Shown piece after piece: positions 58,855-64,000 of a DNA stretch of 64,000 bases. How positions within the stretch are numbered: position 1 is the stretch's first letter; the number at the start of each line of letters is the position of its first letter. Both the position numbers and the translations under genes were made by a program. The notes below the pieces were generated by a model. It was not told where the DNA came from, did no database searches, and saw only the letters and a program-made list of their open reading frames with translations. Origin of the DNA: a virus (Duplodnaviria; Caudoviricetes); the IMG/VR virus record IMGVR_UViG_3300032290_001086, one strand, 5' to 3'.

Positions 58855-59228
58855 AATATTATAAAGAAGAAGTTGCTGCGAATTCTGTTGGGACTGGTGC
58901 TGAAGTTTCACTTCCTCCTTCTGTAGAACCACCTGGGATTCCAGCATCAAAAAGAAAAAGAAGAGCGAAAAAGGTCAATGAAACTTATATTTTTGAAAGT
59001 GGAGGAAAAGTAATTGACCAACTTAAACAAATTGCAATGGCTGGCAATCAAGGTGTAATTGTGTTTGATAATGGAGAGAAGAAGCAAATGTCTGCAGTAA
59101 ATGCATCAAAGATTGTAGACTTATATAGAAATTTAAATGCAAGTAATAGAGTTAAAATGATAAAGTCAGTTAACTCTTCTTCTTCTGGTCTTGATAAAAT
59201 TATTAATTTTGCTTCATCGAGAGTATAA
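58851..59228 (+). CDS. Hypothetical protein
   Basis: ATG at 58851 overlaps the upstream stop; begins MKYYKEEVAANSVG. Confidence 0.65.
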   Translation: MKYYKEEVAANSVGTGAEVSLPPSVEPPGIPASKRKRRAKKVNETYIFESGGKVIDQLKQIAMAGNQGVIVFDNGEKKQMSAVNASKIVDLYRNLNASNRVKMIKSVNSSSSGLDKIINFASSRV

Positions 59229-59254
59229 ACGAGTAATTCATTCCAAGAACCATT

Positions 59255-59689
59255 ATGTTTGGATTAATGTCACGAACAGATTTTGCTAAATTAGATGTAT
59301 TAGAATCTAAATTAAATATCTATGAGTCTTTATCTAGAGAGATGCTAGATAAATTAGAAAACGCAGTAGATAAAATTTCAGAATCTAATCAACGAATTGC
59401 AAATATTTTAACCAAACATGATGAAAGAATTGACCAAAGTATTAAGACAGATGAACTTCTCATTAAAATGATTGATGAGGTTAAGACAAGCAATAGTAAA
59501 GAACATAAAGAAGTTCAAGAAAGAATATCAGCAGTAGAAAAAACAGTTGATGACCTACTCAAATTCCGATGGCAAGTCGCAGCAATTGCAGGGGCCGCTG
59601 TGCTGGTTGTCGGACTGGTCACTCCCTATATTGACAATATGTTGAATCACAGCTATAATGGAGGGAGCGAACAAGTACTTACGAAATGA
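59255..59689 (+). CDS. Coiled-coil protein with a C-terminal TM helix
   Basis: Heptad-rich body followed by FRWQVAAIAGAAVLVVGLV; lies upstream of the primase. Confidence 0.7.
   Translation: MFGLMSRTDFAKLDVLESKLNIYESLSREMLDKLENAVDKISESNQRIANILTKHDERIDQSIKTDELLIKMIDEVKTSNSKEHKEVQERISAVEKTVDDLLKFRWQVAAIAGAAVLVVGLVTPYIDNMLNHSYNGGSEQVLTK
59631..59659 (+). promoter_or_regulatory. Perfect sigma70 promoter (TTGACA-N17-TATAAT) for gp61-nrdA-nrdB
   Basis: Exact consensus inside the 3' end of the upstream gene; the -35 lies in the palindrome ATATTG-A-CAATAT. Confidence 0.85.
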
Positions 59690-60672
59690 ATTTTATTGAT
59701 TCTAAATATGTTAATTTGGTTTCGGGAAGACTAGATAAATTTAGCAGAAAGCACGAGAATCTCTATAACTTTAGGTGTCCTTACTGTGGAGATTCATCAA
59801 GGAATAAAAACAAAGCAAGAGGATTCTTCTTTACTAAAAGAACAGATGTATTCTACAGGTGTCATAACTGTGGAGTTGGAAGAACTCTAGCAAATTTTTT
59901 GAAAGATATTGATGTAAATCTTTATGATAATTATGTCATGGAGAGGTTTAAAAATGGAACTACAGGAAGAGGTTCCAACACACCAAATCCAAAGCTAGAC
60001 GTAGAATTCAAGAAGCCAGTATTTAATACTACACCGCTATCTAAGCTAGACAAAATATCAGAACTAAATAATACACACCCAGCCAAAGAATATCTCATTC
60101 AACGCAGAATACCAGAAAAACATTTTTCAAATCTTTATTTCGCTGAGGATTTCAATGCTTGGGCAAACACAGAAAGTAAATTTAAAGAATCTAGAATTGT
60201 CATCCCTCTCCTCTCCAAGTCAGGAAAATTGTTTGGATACCAAGGTAGGTCTCTTGACAAAAATTCAAAACTGCGTTATATTACTACCATGTTGGATGAC
60301 AGATATGCTAAAGTATTTGGACTTCATACTGTAGATTTTACTAAAACAATTTATGTCACGGAGGGTCCTTTTGACTCTCTTTTTCTGTCTAATGCTATTG
60401 CTATGTGTGGAGCAGATGTTCAACTAGATAAAATTGTATATAAAAGTAGAGTTTTTATTTTAGACAACGAACCTAGGAATACTGAAATTATTAAGCGTTA
60501 TGAAAAGTTGATTGATGCCAAAGAACAAATTGTAATCTGGCCAAGCACAATCAAAGAAAAAGACATTAATGATATGGTTATTTCTGGTTTAGACCCTGTG
60601 GAAATAATCACAAAAAATACAGTTCAGGGCGTAGAAGCAAAAATCAAGTTTAATCAATGGAAAAAAGTATGA
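59686..60672 (+). CDS. gp61: DNA primase gp61
   Basis: Zinc finger CPYCGDS...CHNC and TOPRIM motifs VTEGPFDS, DNEPRN and KDINDM. Confidence 0.96.
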   Translation: MNFIDSKYVNLVSGRLDKFSRKHENLYNFRCPYCGDSSRNKNKARGFFFTKRTDVFYRCHNCGVGRTLANFLKDIDVNLYDNYVMERFKNGTTGRGSNTPNPKLDVEFKKPVFNTTPLSKLDKISELNNTHPAKEYLIQRRIPEKHFSNLYFAEDFNAWANTESKFKESRIVIPLLSKSGKLFGYQGRSLDKNSKLRYITTMLDDRYAKVFGLHTVDFTKTIYVTEGPFDSLFLSNAIAMCGADVQLDKIVYKSRVFILDNEPRNTEIIKRYEKLIDAKEQIVIWPSTIKEKDINDMVISGLDPVEIITKNTVQGVEAKIKFNQWKKV

Positions 60673-62966
60673 GCAACGGAACTAAAGTAAGGAAGCGTAA
60701 TGGAAGTCTTGAGCCACTTAATTTAGATAAAATTCATAATATGGTTGAATGTGCTTGCGGAGGATTAGCTGGAGTTAGTGCATCCCAAGTAGAAATTCAA
60801 TCAGGTCTTCAATTCTATGATGGAATCACTACTGATGAAATTCAAGAAATCCTGGTTAGGTCAGCTAGTGACCTTATCAGTCTCGATAATCCAAATTATC
60901 AGTATGTTGCTGCTCGTCTCTTGCTTTTCGGTTTATATAAGCAAGTCTTTGGAGCTAATTGGAAAAACGGGTTCCCAGACGTTCATGACCATCTTGTAGG
61001 TGGTGTTTCCCTAGGCGTGTATGACGGAGAACTTCTCGGCAAATATTCTATGGAAGAATGGGATAAAATCAATTCTTGGATTGACCATGAAAGAGATTAC
61101 TTATTCACTTATGCTGGTCTTCGTCAAGTAGTAGATAAGTATTTGGTTCAAGATAGGAGTTCAAAAACAATTTATGAAACTCCTCAATATATGTACATGT
61201 TAATTTCTGCAGTAATCTTTGCAGAATATCCAAAGGAAACAAGACTAGATTATGTCAAACGATATTACAACGCAATCTCCAAGCACAAAATCAACATCCC
61301 AACACCAATTATGGCAGGTGTTAGAACCACTCTTCGCCAATTTGCTTCTTGTGTTCTTGTTGATGTTGACGATTCTCTCAATTCTATCTTCAGCTCTGAC
61401 ATGGCTATTGGCCGTTATGTTGCACAGCGGGCTGGAATCGGTATTAATGCTGGTAGAATCCGAGGTATCAATAGCAAAATCCGTGGAGGAGAAGTTGCCC
61501 ATACAGGAGTTATTCCTTTCCTCAAAAAATTTGAAGCGACGGTCCGTTGTTGTACTCAAAACGGGATACGTGGTGGGTCTGCGACAGTTCACTTCCCTAT
61601 TTGGCACCAAGAAATAGAAGATATCATTGTATTAAAAAATAACAAAGGAACAGAAGATAATCGAGTTCGTAAGCTAGATTATAGTATTCAAATCTCAAAA
61701 CTTTTCTACGAGAGGTTTATCAATGGAGAACAAATTTCACTCTTCTCCCCCCACGACGTTCCTGGTTTGTATGATGCTTTTGGGACTGATTCATTTGACG
61801 ACATGTATGTGGCTGCAGAACGAAATGATTCTATTTCAAGAAAAACTATTGATGCACAAGAACTATTTTTAGACATTCTAAAAGAACGTGCAGAAACTGG
61901 TCGTATCTACATCATGAATATTGACCACTGCAATGCTCATAGTTCTTTCCTAGACAAGGTTAATATGTCAAATCTTTGTCAGGAAATCACTCTTCCAACC
62001 GACCCAATTCAACATATTGATGGAGAAGGAGAAATTGCACTTTGTATTCTTTCTGCAATTAATGTTGGTAAAGTAAACCATCATTCTGATATGGAAGAGT
62101 TATGTGACCTTTCTGTTCGTGCTCTAGATGAATTGATTGATTATCAAAAATATCCTGTAGATGCAGCAGAGTTTTCTACTAAAGCTAGACGCTCACTAGG
62201 TATTGGTTATATTGGACTTGCTCATTATCTAGCTCGCCATGGAGCAAAATATGAAGACCCATCTGCTTGGAAACTTGTTCATGACTTAACTGAAGCATTC
62301 CAATATTATCTTCTTAAAGCATCCAATCAGGTTGCAAAAGAAAAAGGTGCATGTGAATTCTTTACTCGCACAAAGTATTCGCAAGGAGTTCTTCCAATTG
62401 ATACTTATAAAAAAGATGTAGACGAAATCGTACCAAATAATCTTAACTATGATTGGGAAACTCTACGTGCCGAAATTCAAGCACATGGTCTGCGACATAG
62501 TACACTGTCCGCACAAATGCCATCGGAGAGCAGTTCCGTTGTGTCAAATGAAACCAATGGAATCGAGCCACCTAGAGATTACTTGTCCGTTAAGAAATCA
62601 AAGAAGGGTCCCCTTAAGCAAATTGTTCCAAGTTATCAAACTCTCAAAAAGAACTATACTCTTCTTTGGGATATGCCTAATAACGTTGGTTACATTAACA
62701 TTGTTTCTGTAATGCAAAAGTTTTTTGACCAAGCCATTTCTGGTAACTGGTCATATAATCCAGAGCATTATGATAATAATGAAGTTCCAGTATCTGTAAT
62801 GGCTCAAGACCTACTTATGACTTATAAGTATGGTTGGAAAACTTCTTACTATCACAACACATATGATAGTAAGTCTGATGGAGATACTGAAGATAAAGGA
62901 GAAGCGTTGACTCAATTACTAAATCAACTAGAAGATGAAGAAGATTGCGAAAGCTGCAAAATTTAA
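60669..62966 (+). CDS. nrdA: Ribonucleotide reductase class Ia alpha subunit
   Basis: ATP cone VRKRNG, PTPIMAG, FASCVL, SNLCQEI and C-terminal CESCKI; ATG at 60669. Confidence 0.98.
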   Translation: MSNGTKVRKRNGSLEPLNLDKIHNMVECACGGLAGVSASQVEIQSGLQFYDGITTDEIQEILVRSASDLISLDNPNYQYVAARLLLFGLYKQVFGANWKNGFPDVHDHLVGGVSLGVYDGELLGKYSMEEWDKINSWIDHERDYLFTYAGLRQVVDKYLVQDRSSKTIYETPQYMYMLISAVIFAEYPKETRLDYVKRYYNAISKHKINIPTPIMAGVRTTLRQFASCVLVDVDDSLNSIFSSDMAIGRYVAQRAGIGINAGRIRGINSKIRGGEVAHTGVIPFLKKFEATVRCCTQNGIRGGSATVHFPIWHQEIEDIIVLKNNKGTEDNRVRKLDYSIQISKLFYERFINGEQISLFSPHDVPGLYDAFGTDSFDDMYVAAERNDSISRKTIDAQELFLDILKERAETGRIYIMNIDHCNAHSSFLDKVNMSNLCQEITLPTDPIQHIDGEGEIALCILSAINVGKVNHHSDMEELCDLSVRALDELIDYQKYPVDAAEFSTKARRSLGIGYIGLAHYLARHGAKYEDPSAWKLVHDLTEAFQYYLLKASNQVAKEKGACEFFTRTKYSQGVLPIDTYKKDVDEIVPNNLNYDWETLRAEIQAHGLRHSTLSAQMPSESSSVVSNETNGIEPPRDYLSVKKSKKGPLKQIVPSYQTLKKNYTLLWDMPNNVGYINIVSVMQKFFDQAISGNWSYNPEHYDNNEVPVSVMAQDLLMTYKYGWKTSYYHNTYDSKSDGDTEDKGEALTQLLNQLEDEEDCESCKI

Positions 62967-62977
62967 GGAGAACTTAC

Positions 62978-64000
62978 ATGCAATTTATTAAAAACACAAA
63001 TAGTGAAATAAAGGGAATGACTGTATTTAATAGTAACCATGTAGATACCAAAAAACAACCAATGTTTTTTGGTAAACCTCTGGGAGTTCAAAGATATGAT
63101 TCATACAAATATCCTATCTTTGAAAAATTAACTCAACAACAACTTGGATACTTCTGGAGACCTGAGGAGGTCTCCCTTCAAAAAGATAGAGCAGATTATC
63201 AAACTCTTCTTCCAGCACAAAAGCATATCTTTACTTCAAACCTGAAGTATCAAATTATGCTTGATTCCGTTCAAGGTCGTGGTCCTGGTCTTGCATTTCT
63301 TCCCTATTGTTCACTTCCTGAACTAGAAGCCTGTATGACTATTTGGGAAACTATGGAGATGATTCATAGTCGCTCATACACTTATATCATTAAGAATGTA
63401 TATTCAGATGTAACAGAAGTATTTGATACTATTCTTGATGATGAAAAGATTTTAGAACGTGCTACTAGTGTAACTCAAGCATATGATGAGTTAATTGAAT
63501 CTGCTCAACAGTGGGGTGGGGGTAAGCTCTGGGAACTTGGAGACCATACTACTGCAAATATTGAATTGAAAGAAGTAAAGAGAAAATTATATCGTGCAGT
63601 AATGAATGTGAATATCCTTGAGGGTATTCGTTTTTATGTTTCCTTTGCATGTTCTTTTGCATTCGGTGAACTAAAACTTATGGAAGGTTCTGCTAAGATT
63701 ATTGGTTTGATTGCTCGTGATGAATCTCAGCATTTAGTTATTACTCAAAATATTATCAAGAACTGGAAGAACGGTGATGACCCACAAATGTCGGAAATCA
63801 TGAAGGAAGAGGAGCAGAATGTGCGAGATATGTATCTTCGTGCAGTGAACGAAGAAAAGTCATGGGCAGAATATCTTTTCAAAGACGGCTCAATGATTGG
63901 TCTTAATGCAAAACTTCTTTCTTCATATGTAGAATGGATTACTAATCGTAGGATGAAAGCAATTGGTCTTTCTCCACTGTTTGATATTCCTATGTCAAAT
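62978..64000 (+). CDS. nrdB: Ribonucleotide reductase beta subunit (3'-truncated; not in track)
   Basis: AAGGAG RBS; FWRPEEVSL, LDSVQGRGP, EMIHSRSY, LEGIRFYVSF and IARDESQH; the frame runs off the window. Confidence 0.96.
   Translation, partial: MQFIKNTNSEIKGMTVFNSNHVDTKKQPMFFGKPLGVQRYDSYKYPIFEKLTQQQLGYFWRPEEVSLQKDRADYQTLLPAQKHIFTSNLKYQIMLDSVQGRGPGLAFLPYCSLPELEACMTIWETMEMIHSRSYTYIIKNVYSDVTEVFDTILDDEKILERATSVTQAYDELIESAQQWGGGKLWELGDHTTANIELKEVKRKLYRAVMNVNILEGIRFYVSFACSFAFGELKLMEGSAKIIGLIARDESQHLVITQNIIKNWKNGDDPQMSEIMKEEEQNVRDMYLRAVNEEKSWAEYLFKDGSMIGLNAKLLSSYVEWITNRRMKAIGLSPLFDIPMSN

Noticed and set aside
47752-64000. Introns, inteins or homing endonucleases in gp43, gp41, nrdA or nrdB
   Set aside because: Reading frames are continuous and of normal length, and no HNH, GIY-YIG or LAGLIDADG motifs were noticed.
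1-64000. tRNA genes and photosynthesis genes (psbA, hli)
   Set aside because: None was recognised by eye in this window; a tRNAscan-SE run would be needed to exclude tRNAs formally.

Overview
This AT-rich window is the conserved core of a T4-like cyanomyovirus (Kyanoviridae-type). Almost all genes are on the + strand. In order: a 5'-truncated gp7-like baseplate protein, gp8, a VrlC-like protein, fibre/neck/terminase/tail/head genes (gp13-gp23), gp3, uvsY/uvsW, late sigma gp55, gp47/gp46, a vWA-peptidase plus CobS-like AAA+ pair, gp45/44/62, regA, hsp20, gp43, uvsX, gp41, mazG, a nucleotidyltransferase, gp61, nrdA and a 3'-truncated nrdB. The most interesting material is missed by the ORF track. 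(1) A minus-strand island at 45.9-46.3 kb has a perfect NtcA box, tandem glnA-type glutamine riboswitch aptamers, a DUF4278-like 52-aa ORF and a coupled 27-aa ORF. This looks like a phage nitrogen-status-sensing module. (2) Next to it, a ROSE-like RNA thermometer covers the hsp20 ribosome-binding site, and a candidate ~65-nt late sRNA follows hsp20. (3) A 54-aa NblA-like ORF sits inside the structural cluster. (4) A perfect sigma70 promoter fires antisense toward uvsW, back-to-back with the gp55 promoter. (5) Several proteins carry T4-style capsid-targeting or gp21-cleavage motifs, including the nucleotidyltransferase. (6) Two small ORFs may form a lysis pair. All family assignments come from motif recognition and gene order; no database search was run.
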